A stretch of 64,000 nucleotides of DNA from Polyangiaceae bacterium (GTDB taxonomy: Bacteria; Myxococcota_A; Polyangia; Polyangiales; Polyangiaceae), in assembly GCA_050287085.1 (NCBI GenBank), contig JBNKBE010000012.1, forward strand, positions 1 through 64,000, given 5' to 3'. Both the position numbers and the translations under genes were made by a program. Shown piece after piece: positions 19,295 to 28,313 of the stretch. The notes beneath the pieces are model-generated. The model was not told the DNA's origin, did no database searches, and saw only the letters and a list, made by a program, of their open reading frames with translations. Position 1 is the first letter of the stretch. Each line of letters begins with the position of its first letter.

Positions 19295-22135
19295 TTGCTA
19301 AGGTTGTCCGGACCGCTGTTCGGACAACGTCGCTCCCCGCGGGAAAGCTCAGAATTGCACCAGGACACATTGGCCAACTCTCGAGATCAGAGGCTGCACG
19401 CGGCCGACCAGCACGCGGCCGGTGGGCGCCTTTCAGAAGCGCTGCATGACTACAGCCAGTTGCTCGCCGAAACGCCAGCGGACGTTCGCGTCCTGCTGCG
19501 GGTGGGCGACGTGCAGGCACGAGCGGGCGACTTTGGCGCTGCGGTAGCTACCTATCAAGAAGTCGCAGAGCTCTACATCGCCCAGGCTGACCCTGAAAAG
19601 GCAGCCGCGGTCTACCGACAGGTGTGGGAGCTGGCGCGGAGCCACCCCGAGGCCGCTGGAGCCGCCCACAACTACGAAGCCGCAATCGACGAGCTTGTGC
19701 GGCTCTTTCGTCAAGAAGGACAGCTCGACGCGGCCCTTGCACTGCTCGACGAAGAAGCGGTGCAGCTACGGGAAGCCGACCGCGAGGAGGCCGCGATCGC
19801 GCTCTTCCGCAAAATGACGAAGGTGGCCGCAAACATTCCACTCTCTCACCTGCGACTGGCCGAAGGCTTGTGTCGGCTCAACCACGTCGATGAAGCGATG
19901 GGGTCTTTTGGCAGCGCTGCCGAGTTGTTGCAGGTGGCCGGGCGATTCGACGACGCGCTGCGCGTCATCGAGCGCATGTTGCATTTCAAGCAGGACCCAA
20001 AGGTTGCCAAGCGCGCCGCTGAGCTATACCTGAGAAAGGGAGGCGATGCGGAGGGCATGCAGGCGCTTTCCCGATTGCAGATTTGCTTCCAAGCCGATGG
20101 TCGTGATCTGGAAACCCTGCAGCTTCTGGCCCGAGCCTTTGAGGTTATCGGGCAACATGACAAGAGCGTCGAGGTGAAGAAGGAGCTGGCGCGTCAAGCT
20201 CACGAGCAAGGACATGTCGAGCTCTTTCACGCGACGCTCAGCGTGCTGCGAAACCACGCGCCCGAAGATGAGCAGATACAGGCCCTGAGTGAGCTGCCGC
20301 CGCCGGGAAGCTCGCCGGTCGCTACTTCGGAGAGCACAAGCCACGCCGCGGGTCAGGCCCGCTCCGAGTCCGCTGTCCGCGAAGAAGCACTGCCAGAGTC
20401 CGTCGAACTTCACTCCGTGGTGCCCGCCGCCGCAGCCGTCGAAGAGAGCTCCAGCCCAAGGCAGCAGGACGGCCTCGAGCCCCTTGCCGCGGCTGCCCCC
20501 AGCGTGAACCCGTCGGCGGAGCTCTTGAGCGAGCCGACGCAGGAGATCCCGTCGGAACGCATCGCCACGATGGCGCCGCCCACCGCGAGGCGTGGCCCGC
20601 CACCTTTGCCGCCGAACGCCTTCGCCGCCAATGAGGCAGGGCCTGCACCCAGTGCCATAGCGCTAAGCTCCGACTCGGAAGCGGCCCTGCTTGCCGCCAG
20701 CAACGTTGGAGTCACGGCGACAGACGAGAGCTCCGCCGCCCAACAAGCGGACGCAGCCGAAAGCACCAGCGTAACCTCGTCGCCGCCGCCCAAACCTGGG
20801 TCCCGGGCAGGGAGGGTTTCCAGCGGTCCGCCCCTAAACGTACCGCGCACCCAGCCTGCCGCCGTCGACGAGGCGATAGAACTCGATGAATACGACGAAG
20901 AGCTCGAACTCATCGAGGCCGAATCCGAAGACGCCGACCTTGCGCTGCTCGCGGAGCCCGGAGACGTCGATTCGACGGCGCAGCGCGTTGCAGACCTGAC
21001 GCGCTCCGCGCTCGCCGACGCGCGCACTTTCGCGGGCTTGAAGCTCTACGACAAGGCCATCGAACGACTGCAGAGTGCGCTGGAGTTCGACCCCCGCTCT
21101 ATCGAAGTGCGAGAGCTGCTGCGGGACATCTACGCGGAGACGGGTGATCGCGAGGGCGCCATCGAGGAGATGCTCACGACGGCGGCGATCTACCTGGAAT
21201 ACGATCACCCGGAACACGCGCGCACGGTGCTGCTCGATGTGTTGGCCGCTGAACCCGATCACGCGCTCGCCAAGCGCACCTTGGCTCAGTTGGGCGGCAC
21301 CGCCCCAACGGCCCCCCCGCGTCTCCCCCAATTCGAAGAGCCTGAGCCCGACGAGAACGACAGCGCGCGCCGCCTCGCTGACGAACGTCGCAGCGTCGAG
21401 GAAACGCTGGAGCAGGTGGAGATATTGCTAGCCTCATCGCGCAACGTCGAGGCGCGCGATCTGCTCGAAGAGCAACTGAAGCGGCACCCGAGTCACCCAC
21501 TACTGCTAGAGGCAGCCGGTGAATTGGACGCGCGCGAGGACCAAGACGACTTCGATTTGCGTGCCTCGCTCGACGCACTCGAACAAGCGGTACGCGAGTC
21601 ACAACAGCCGCCGCCGCCAGGTTCAGACAAGCCGCCGTCAAAAGTCAACGTTGAGCGCGTCTTCGAGAAGTTCAAAGCCAAGGTCAAAAGTCAGGTCGCG
21701 GAAAACGATAGCGGAACGCACCATGACCTCGGAGTCGCCTACAAGGAGATGGGCTTGCTCCCCGACGCGGTAACCGAGTTTAGTCTCGCGGCGCGCGATC
21801 CAAAGCGCGCGTGTGCCTGCTACTCCATGATTGGACATATCCAGGCGGAGATGGGTGATTGGCACGCTGCTGCGGAGAGCTTCGGCCAGGGCCTCAGCGT
21901 GGTTGAGCAGACCCCCGCACAGTCGCTCAGTCTGAACTACGATCTCGGTATCGCCTACGATGAGCTAGGAGACGCGCCCCGCGCCCGGGAGCAGTTTGAG
22001 CTCGTGGTCGACGCCGACCCCAACTACCGCGACGCGCGACAACGACTTGACGCCTTGGGTGGGCCCAGTTCCGGACACAACGTGGGCGACGATGAACTGG
22101 ACCGTGCCTTTGAAGAACTGCTCGGCAGCGACTGA
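19295..22135 (+). CDS. Large TPR protein, SgmX-like type IV pilus/polarity factor
   Basis: N-terminal TPR array, Pro/acidic linker and C-terminal TPRs with VERVFEKFK...THHDLGVAYKEMGL as recalled for SgmX homologs; start uncertain (TTG). Confidence 0.7.
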   Translation: MLRLSGPLFGQRRSPRESSELHQDTLANSRDQRLHAADQHAAGGRLSEALHDYSQLLAETPADVRVLLRVGDVQARAGDFGAAVATYQEVAELYIAQADPEKAAAVYRQVWELARSHPEAAGAAHNYEAAIDELVRLFRQEGQLDAALALLDEEAVQLREADREEAAIALFRKMTKVAANIPLSHLRLAEGLCRLNHVDEAMGSFGSAAELLQVAGRFDDALRVIERMLHFKQDPKVAKRAAELYLRKGGDAEGMQALSRLQICFQADGRDLETLQLLARAFEVIGQHDKSVEVKKELARQAHEQGHVELFHATLSVLRNHAPEDEQIQALSELPPPGSSPVATSESTSHAAGQARSESAVREEALPESVELHSVVPAAAAVEESSSPRQQDGLEPLAAAAPSVNPSAELLSEPTQEIPSERIATMAPPTARRGPPPLPPNAFAANEAGPAPSAIALSSDSEAALLAASNVGVTATDESSAAQQADAAESTSVTSSPPPKPGSRAGRVSSGPPLNVPRTQPAAVDEAIELDEYDEELELIEAESEDADLALLAEPGDVDSTAQRVADLTRSALADARTFAGLKLYDKAIERLQSALEFDPRSIEVRELLRDIYAETGDREGAIEEMLTTAAIYLEYDHPEHARTVLLDVLAAEPDHALAKRTLAQLGGTAPTAPPRLPQFEEPEPDENDSARRLADERRSVEETLEQVEILLASSRNVEARDLLEEQLKRHPSHPLLLEAAGELDAREDQDDFDLRASLDALEQAVRESQQPPPPGSDKPPSKVNVERVFEKFKAKVKSQVAENDSGTHHDLGVAYKEMGLLPDAVTEFSLAARDPKRACACYSMIGHIQAEMGDWHAAAESFGQGLSVVEQTPAQSLSLNYDLGIAYDELGDAPRAREQFELVVDADPNYRDARQRLDALGGPSSGHNVGDDELDRAFEELLGSD

Positions 22136-22170
22136 AAGCGACGGGGAAGACAGCTCGCGCCAAGGACGCC

Positions 22171-22800
22171 ATGCCCCGTCTTCTCCTCACCGGCTTTGAC
22201 CCATTCGGCGGGTGTGTCGTCAACTCGTCGTGGCAACTCGCGGCGCAGGTGAAGCTTGACGGTGACCGAGTCACGACAGCACTGCTGCCGACGTCGTTTG
22301 CAAGAGCACGCAGCGCACTGATCACCTTGCTTGCCGAGCAGCACCCGACCGTCGTTCTACACCTCGGACTGGCCGCCGCACGACAGCGCCTGACATTTGA
22401 GCTGATGGCACGAAATCGGGACCATAGCGCGGCGCGCGACAACGACGGCGAGCTTCGACAACACCAGCCCATCCTCTCCTCGGCGCCCGATGCGTACCGC
22501 AACACGTTGCCGCTGGAGATGATGCAACAACTCAGTGAAGAACGCGGGGAACCCCTCGACACCTCGGACGACGCTGGCGGGTTCGTCTGCAATCACGTGT
22601 TCTTCCACAGCGCCCACTGGTGCGCGTTGCGCTCGCTCCCCCCCTCCATATGCCCCGAATCTAAGCCCCATCCGGACTCCCAGCTGCGCTCATCGCCGCG
22701 CTGCGGCTTCGTGCACGTACCAGCGCTTGCGACGGACTCTGAGCGTATGACAAGGGTCGCCGGGATCGTATCGGCGTGGTGCGACGCGCTCTCGCGCTAG
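22171..22800 (+). CDS. pcp: Pyroglutamyl-peptidase I
   Basis: LLTGFDPFGG, catalytic Glu (TFE), DAGGFVCN (Cys), GFVHVP (His). Confidence 0.9.
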   Translation: MPRLLLTGFDPFGGCVVNSSWQLAAQVKLDGDRVTTALLPTSFARARSALITLLAEQHPTVVLHLGLAAARQRLTFELMARNRDHSAARDNDGELRQHQPILSSAPDAYRNTLPLEMMQQLSEERGEPLDTSDDAGGFVCNHVFFHSAHWCALRSLPPSICPESKPHPDSQLRSSPRCGFVHVPALATDSERMTRVAGIVSAWCDALSR

Positions 22801-23925
22801 CTAGGCCCACACCGCGCCGGGCCAATCGACACCGTGACCTAGATCAATCGCTGCAACCGATAGGGCCGACCCGTCGCGCGTCATACCTCCGCTAAACGGG
22901 CAGTCGCGGATGAACAACGGCGTATCCAGGTCCACGAACTCAACACCGCCAAGCCCTGCCGCGAGGCATGCCGACGTCGTCATCGCCAGGGTCGACTCGA
23001 CCATTCCCCCTACCATCAGTCCCAGCCCTTCGCGACGAGCGAGCGCTGCGATTTCCAGCACGCCAACAACGCCCGACTTCATGAGCTTCAAGTTCACCAC
23101 ATGAGGCGCGCCCAGCTCGCGCGCTGCGCGCTCCGCGTCCGCCGGGGTGACCACGCTCTCATCCAACGCGACACGACAACGTTCAGCCACTGCACGCAGC
23201 CCCCGCCAGTCGTCTTTGGCCACCGGTTGCTCGAAGAGCGCTACACTTATTCGCTCGCCCTCGAGCGCCTTCAGCAGGCGCAAGGCCTCCGCCCCGGATA
23301 GGCCAGCATTGGCGTCGAGCAAGAGCTCCGCATCTGGCGCTCCCGCCTTGACCGCACACAAACGCTCAAAATCCCCCGGCAAACCGACTTTGAGCTTCAA
23401 TTGTGAGAAGCCAAGCTTGCGCCAGCGAGCGGCGGCTTCCTGCGCCTGCGCTGGAGTCGTTATCGGGATGGTGACATCCGAGGACAGGCGTCCGCTGCCT
23501 TGCCCACCGAAAAAGCGATACAAGCTCTGACCTCGGCTGCGCGCCAGGCCGTCGCAGATCGCCATTTCGACGGCGCACCGCGCCGCCGGGCTTACGTCGC
23601 TGACGGCCCTCAAAGAGCTCGCCCAAGCGCCGAGGGTGCGTGGCCCCGAAGACAGCAGGTTGAGCGCAAGTCCGAGCGCCCGCAGCGTCCCCGCGATGGT
23701 ATCGCCGTTGTAGGCCGGCAGCGGCGCTGCCTCCCCGAGACCCCATGTGCCGTCCGCCAGTTGGACCCGCACCACCACGATCGGAGCTGCGTCGTGGCTG
23801 CCCCCCGCAATGCCGAAAGGCTCCGTCAGCTCGAGCGGGAGCGTCTGATACTGAAACCTGCGAACCTCCACGACCGCGTCACGAACGGTCGCGAAACTCT
23901 GCTCAGCCGCGTCGGTGGCGTTCAA
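22801..23925 (-). CDS. Dipeptide epimerase (L-Ala-D/L-Glu epimerase, enolase superfamily)
   Basis: GLGEAAP, KLKVG, LDAN, FEQP, DES, NLKLMKSG, DLD. Confidence 0.88.
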   Translation of the reverse strand: MNATDAAEQSFATVRDAVVEVRRFQYQTLPLELTEPFGIAGGSHDAAPIVVVRVQLADGTWGLGEAAPLPAYNGDTIAGTLRALGLALNLLSSGPRTLGAWASSLRAVSDVSPAARCAVEMAICDGLARSRGQSLYRFFGGQGSGRLSSDVTIPITTPAQAQEAAARWRKLGFSQLKLKVGLPGDFERLCAVKAGAPDAELLLDANAGLSGAEALRLLKALEGERISVALFEQPVAKDDWRGLRAVAERCRVALDESVVTPADAERAARELGAPHVVNLKLMKSGVVGVLEIAALARREGLGLMVGGMVESTLAMTTSACLAAGLGGVEFVDLDTPLFIRDCPFSGGMTRDGSALSVAAIDLGHGVDWPGAVWA

Positions 23926-24038
23926 ACTTAATACCTCGCGTTACCATTCGAGCCGAGCTGCGAGGCGACGCTCCGTGTCGCCCCTGGCTCGACCTACACA
24001 AAGTCAACGCGGACCCCAGCCCCGGGGACTTCTCGCTC

Positions 24039-24554
24039 TCAGTGGCTGGCGTTGTAGGCGGCAATGACCTTGTCGGTCAGGTCCAAATCACTTCTGACGT
24101 AGGGCACGGCCTGCTTGTCGACCACCAAAGCAAAGCCCTCTTTGGTGGCGATGCTCTTCACGGTGCCCAAAGCCTTTTGCAGTATCGGCTGCATCAGCTC
24201 GTTCTGCTTCTGCTGCAATTCCTGATTGTACTGCATGAAGCGCTGCTGGACGCCCATAGCTTCCTGCTGCCACTTCTCGACGCGCGCGGCGAGCGCTTGT
24301 TGGCTCAATACGCTGCGCTGCTTGTCGATCTGCTCTCGCTCTTTCTGCATTTCGTTCTGCTTGGCGTCGAGTTCCTTCTGACGCTTGTCAAAGAGCTGCT
24401 TCAAGGTGGCCTGCATCTGAACGCCGTCCTGGCTTTCCATGACGGCACGCTGCGTATCGACGACAGCCACCTTCATCTGCGCCTGCAACAACGTGGGGAC
24501 GGCGCTGAGACAGAGCGTGGCGAGAGCGACGCGTGCGAACTTGTGATTAAGCAT
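24039..24554 (-). CDS. skp: OmpH/Skp periplasmic chaperone
   Basis: Signal peptide, KVAVVD, long Q/K/E coiled coil, DLTDKVI; start re-set to MLNHKF. Confidence 0.88.
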   Translation of the reverse strand: MLNHKFARVALATLCLSAVPTLLQAQMKVAVVDTQRAVMESQDGVQMQATLKQLFDKRQKELDAKQNEMQKEREQIDKQRSVLSQQALAARVEKWQQEAMGVQQRFMQYNQELQQKQNELMQPILQKALGTVKSIATKEGFALVVDKQAVPYVRSDLDLTDKVIAAYNASH

Positions 24555-24902
24555 AGCAATGGTGGTAGTGGTGGTCGAAGCCAGGGTCAAGCCGCGGCAG
24601 CCCGGCCGACGCACTGTTGCGACCAACCCGCAGGGATTACAAGTCACAAAAAGGTCCAATCACGACCCTAACGACACACCTGGACGCACGGTCGAATGCT
24701 CCTCAGCGGATGTTTCGGTGTGAGGTGCAGCGGCCCGAACTCAGGCTACAATCCCTTCCGACACACACAACTTTGTCGAAAGTTGGCCGTATGCGCCGCC
24801 AAGTGCTGGAATATTGAGCAAAGCTTGCAACACTGCATTCCCCATCAGTCAGACGGTGCGCAAAGGGTCGCATCGAGCGCGTGCCCATTGGGTACCCGCT
24901 AC

Positions 24903-24985
24903 CCCTCAACCCGCGCTGCCCTCAACCCGCGCTGCCCTGCGCCACAACCGCGCGGCGTCTCAACCGCCCTGCGCCTCAACCCGCT
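24903..24985. repeat. Tandem 16-bp repeat (CCCTCAACCCGCGCTG x2) plus degenerate copies upstream of romR
   Basis: Two exact copies at 24903-24934, then partial CTCAACC copies. Confidence 0.7.
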
Positions 24986-25021
24986 CCGTAGCACCAGCGA
25001 ACACTCCCGGGAGGCTCGATC

Positions 25022-25957
25022 TTGACCACGCTCCTAGCCGTTGACGACAGCAGCACCATGCGCAAGGTGCTCGAAATTACCTTCGCAAGCGAACCCTACG
25101 AAACGGTGCTGGCAACATCTGCTGACGACGCCCTATCAAAACTGGGCCAGCAGCACGTCGAAGTAGCCTTGATCGACATCACGCTCGGCGCCGAAGACGG
25201 CTACCAGCTGTGCCAGAAGGTCAAGGCTGAGTTCCCGAGAACACGCGTTGTCCTGCTCTCGAGCAAGCAGCAGGGTTATGACGCCACGCGCGGCGGAGAA
25301 GTGGGGGCGGACGACCACATCGACAAGCCCTTCGAAACACAAGCTCTGCTGGACAAGGTGGCGGCCGTGCTCGAAGCACCGGCGCTCGAGGTGCCAGTAC
25401 CGGAAGCTCCGGTGCCCGCGCCGCAGCGCGTCCCCGAGCCCGCCATGACGGCGCCCGCTCCAGCTCCGATCTCTTCTCACAAGCCCTGGGCTCCCGCTTC
25501 GAACCCCATTCCGAGCCTCAATCTCGCGCCTCGCCCCGCAGCCGCGGCAGAGCCCGCGAGTGCGCCTGGCTACAGCGCCGCTGGATACGGCGCTGCCGGA
25601 CACGGCGCTGCCGGACACAGCTCCCCCGCCTACGACGCTCCCGCGCAGAGCGCCCCAGAGCCTGTCGCCGCGCCAGCCGCGATTTCGATCCCCAGCAGGC
25701 CACAACCCAACGCAGCCAGTGGGCATCATCACCCGCAGACGAAACCCGCCCCCTCTGCGCTTGCTTCGTCGCCGGCTGTCCTCCCAACCCTCGGCGGTCT
25801 AGAAACGCGACTCGAGGCGCTTGGCCTGGGCAAGACTCAAATCGAAGGTGTCCTGGCCTTGTCCAAGGAGATCGTCGAACAGGCGGTTTGGGAGGTAGTC
25901 CCGACCTTGGCGGAAACGTTGATCAAAGAAGAGATCGCGCGACTGACGAAAGCCTGA
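25022..25957 (+). CDS. romR: RomR polarity response regulator
   Basis: N-terminal receiver, Pro-rich linker and conserved C-terminus EIVEQAVWEVVPTLAETLIKEEIARL. Confidence 0.85.
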   Translation: MTTLLAVDDSSTMRKVLEITFASEPYETVLATSADDALSKLGQQHVEVALIDITLGAEDGYQLCQKVKAEFPRTRVVLLSSKQQGYDATRGGEVGADDHIDKPFETQALLDKVAAVLEAPALEVPVPEAPVPAPQRVPEPAMTAPAPAPISSHKPWAPASNPIPSLNLAPRPAAAAEPASAPGYSAAGYGAAGHGAAGHSSPAYDAPAQSAPEPVAAPAAISIPSRPQPNAASGHHHPQTKPAPSALASSPAVLPTLGGLETRLEALGLGKTQIEGVLALSKEIVEQAVWEVVPTLAETLIKEEIARLTKA

Positions 25958-27585
25958 GCCTGGGCCCTCCCCGCACCCCCGAGTTCATCGCGTGGCTCGG
26001 CTCCACACCAGCGCCTGAGCTGCTGCGTTGCGCCGCCTCTTTCGGAGCCCCGCAGCGATTCGGGGCCTTCTGGCTGTGGAGCCACACTGCGAACGCTGAG
26101 CGCTTTGGGGTATCGAAGTGTGCCACCGGCCAAGACGAGCCCACGACCGTCCAGCTAACTAGCCGCGGGGGCATCTTTGACCGCGCCGTAGGCGGCGGCG
26201 CGCCCGTCCACTACGCCGAGGTACCCAGTGGAGTGTTGGTCGCCTCCACGTTGTTGCCTTTCATCCAAGGTCTTGGGCTCGCTCAGGCCCATGAATTGGC
26301 GACGGCCTTCTGGTTCGGGGGCAGACCCACGTTCCCCCAGGGTCAGACGCCCCTGGCGGGCGTCAAGTCGCTGCCGCCGGGCACCATCCTTCACGTCACA
26401 AGCGAGCGAAAGCTGTGGGTCGAGGCTTCCTTCCATCCGCCCGCTCAGTCCCGACGGCCCCCTCGCCGAGAGCTCTTCCTGGAGCATGCCGCAGCCCTGC
26501 GCGAAGAGCTGAGTGGTGTCATCGCCCGCGAATGCCCGCGCGACGAGACCCTCGTCTTCTACTCCGGAGGGGTGGACTCAGGCCTGCTTGCGGCGCTGGC
26601 AGCAGCCCAAGGCAAGCGCTTGCAAGCGCTCAGCGTTGTGCCCTCGGGCTACGCGGCGGATGCACCCTGGGAACGGGCGCTGGTCGAACGCCCCTTGTTG
26701 ACGCGTTCTTTCCGGGCCCACTCGGTGCTCGAGCTGGATCAAAGGCGCTGGATAGACGCCCTTCAGCAGGCACCTGCGGCCCCATTTCCCATCGTTTATC
26801 ACCCCTCATTGCTCTTGCTCCAGACGTCCCCGAGACACCCGCTCAACACGGTGTTGCGAGGCGAGTTCGCGGACGAGGCCTTCGGGTCCAGGCTGCGAGT
26901 CGGCGATTGGCTGGACGCCCATTCCGTGCTGCAGATACTGAGCACCACCCCAGACCGCTGGCCCCTTGGGTGGCGCACCCCGCTGAGCAAGCTCAAGCGT
27001 CAATGGCTGGCGCGCCGCAGCGCTGAAGCGAGCCCAATGCAAACGCTCCCCCGCTGCTTTCGCGGCGATCTTCGCGATGAATACGCCGCCTGGCGCCGCG
27101 CTCTAGGAGGCGCCCGCAGGGCGCTGGGCCTGCTCGATCTGCGGGATGGCATTCTCACTGAGGCGTGGGAATCCGCGGGACAAAAGGGGTATCATAGCGT
27201 CTTTCCCTTCATGCACCGGCGGGTCTTGGAACTCGCCTACTCGCTGCACCCGGCGGAATTGCTCGGCTCGGGCACCAAACGAGTGCTGCGCGTTGCGGGC
27301 CGAGGAGTGTCGCTAGAGGCACACCGCTTGCGGGCCGACAAGGGCGTGCTGCGGGCGGCATCCCCGCATCGTACCTTCCCGCTGCCGCGCTTATCTGCGG
27401 AAAGCGAGGCCTTGTTGTGCCCACGCTGGCTCGACGACGCCAGCGCGAACGGGGTCGGACCCGCCGACGCGTTGCGACTCAGCGGAATCGAGCATATGAT
27501 GAAAAGCTATCGCAGCCTGAGGGAGCAATACGAAGATGACGTCGACGCCGGTGCAGCAGGAAAAACTCGAGAGCCAAAGCGCTAG
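25888..27585 (+). CDS. Asparagine synthetase-like protein, probable lasso peptide cyclase (C protein)
   Basis: GVKSLPPG, PP-loop YSGGVDS, GEFADEAF, FPFMHRRVLELAYSL, KRVLR, RADKG; no N-terminal glutaminase Cys; a lasso-type precursor follows. Start uncertain (TTG 25888 or CTG 25954). Confidence 0.75.
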   Translation: MGGSPDLGGNVDQRRDRATDESLSLGPPRTPEFIAWLGSTPAPELLRCAASFGAPQRFGAFWLWSHTANAERFGVSKCATGQDEPTTVQLTSRGGIFDRAVGGGAPVHYAEVPSGVLVASTLLPFIQGLGLAQAHELATAFWFGGRPTFPQGQTPLAGVKSLPPGTILHVTSERKLWVEASFHPPAQSRRPPRRELFLEHAAALREELSGVIARECPRDETLVFYSGGVDSGLLAALAAAQGKRLQALSVVPSGYAADAPWERALVERPLLTRSFRAHSVLELDQRRWIDALQQAPAAPFPIVYHPSLLLLQTSPRHPLNTVLRGEFADEAFGSRLRVGDWLDAHSVLQILSTTPDRWPLGWRTPLSKLKRQWLARRSAEASPMQTLPRCFRGDLRDEYAAWRRALGGARRALGLLDLRDGILTEAWESAGQKGYHSVFPFMHRRVLELAYSLHPAELLGSGTKRVLRVAGRGVSLEAHRLRADKGVLRAASPHRTFPLPRLSAESEALLCPRWLDDASANGVGPADALRLSGIEHMMKSYRSLREQYEDDVDAGAAGKTREPKR

Positions 27586-27754
27586 CGGCAACGCCGAATC
27601 GGTCAGCGATCCTGCCGTGACGATCGGAACGGACGCCGGCAAGCTGCCCTACAGCAAGCCCACCGTCAGCCGCTTGGGAACTGTGCAGGAGCTGACCCAG
27701 TTCACCAAACAGGGACCCGAAAACGAGTTCCCCCAGGGCGGCAGCGGCGGGTAG
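27536..27754 (+). CDS. Lasso RiPP precursor peptide
   Basis: Leader YSKPTVSRLGTVQELTQ matches YxxPxL/VxxxGxxxxxT with Thr at -2; predicted core FTKQGPENEFPQGGSGG has Glu at 7 and 9; GAGGGAG RBS 10 nt before ATG. Confidence 0.8.
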   Translation: MTSTPVQQEKLESQSASGNAESVSDPAVTIGTDAGKLPYSKPTVSRLGTVQELTQFTKQGPENEFPQGGSGG

Positions 27755-27787
27755 GGCGAGCGTCGTACGAGTTTCCCGTCGCCACCT

Positions 27788-28129
27788 TCACCGAGCCAGC
27801 AGCGAAAAGCGCGCCGGCGTAATGCGCTCGGACTTGCATCGGGGACATCGGCTCGGACGACTGAAGCGCGTTCGCTCTTGGAATTCGAAACCGCAGCCGA
27901 GACAGCAAGCAGGCACGGTGGCGAGTTGCTCCCCCCGCTGCAAAGAGCGCTCCAGGGAAGACAAGAGCTCCGGAAGTTCCTTCTCTGAACGCCTCAAGGC
28001 GCGCGATAGGTCCTTGAGGGTGTACGTATTGTTTGCCGGCGCGCCGCTGGCCGGAACGCCGCTAGCCGGAACATCGCTGGCCGGCGTACTGTTAAGCAGC
28101 ACCTTGCGCAGCTGCTGAAGCACCGTCAT
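27788..28129 (-). CDS. Small HTH + Zn-ribbon protein (COG3357-like putative regulator)
   Basis: HTH TLKDLSRALRRSEKE followed by CLGCGFEF...RPSRCPRCKSERI; start re-set to MTVLQQL. Confidence 0.75.
   Translation of the reverse strand: MTVLQQLRKVLLNSTPASDVPASGVPASGAPANNTYTLKDLSRALRRSEKELPELLSSLERSLQRGEQLATVPACCLGCGFEFQERTRFSRPSRCPRCKSERITPARFSLLAR
28035..28085. repeat. In-frame 15-bp tandem repeat (PASxx x3)
   Basis: GCCGGCGCGCCGCTG / GCCGGAACGCCGCTA / GCCGGAACATCGCTG. Confidence 0.75.
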
Positions 28130-28313
28130 CTCGCACACGGTCTTAGGGTAGTCCCCCAAGCGAGCTCGAGCCAAGCACTTTCGCCGGCGAACCCGACCCT
28201 GAGCAACGCATATCGTGCGCGCAGCGTCAATGCATCCGGTCACGATCTCGTGCGGCAGGAAACACGCGTCGCGCTTGCAGCGAGGGGCGCGAACACGCGA
28301 TAACCCGAGCGCG

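Noticed and set aside
23745..24671. 308-aa plus-strand ORF
   Set aside because: Antisense to skp and the epimerase; its Leu-rich stretch mirrors the Gln/Lys/Glu codons of Skp.
25888..27585. Ordinary asparagine synthetase AsnB
   Set aside because: No N-terminal Cys glutaminase motif, and the adjacent lasso-leader peptide favours a RiPP cyclase.
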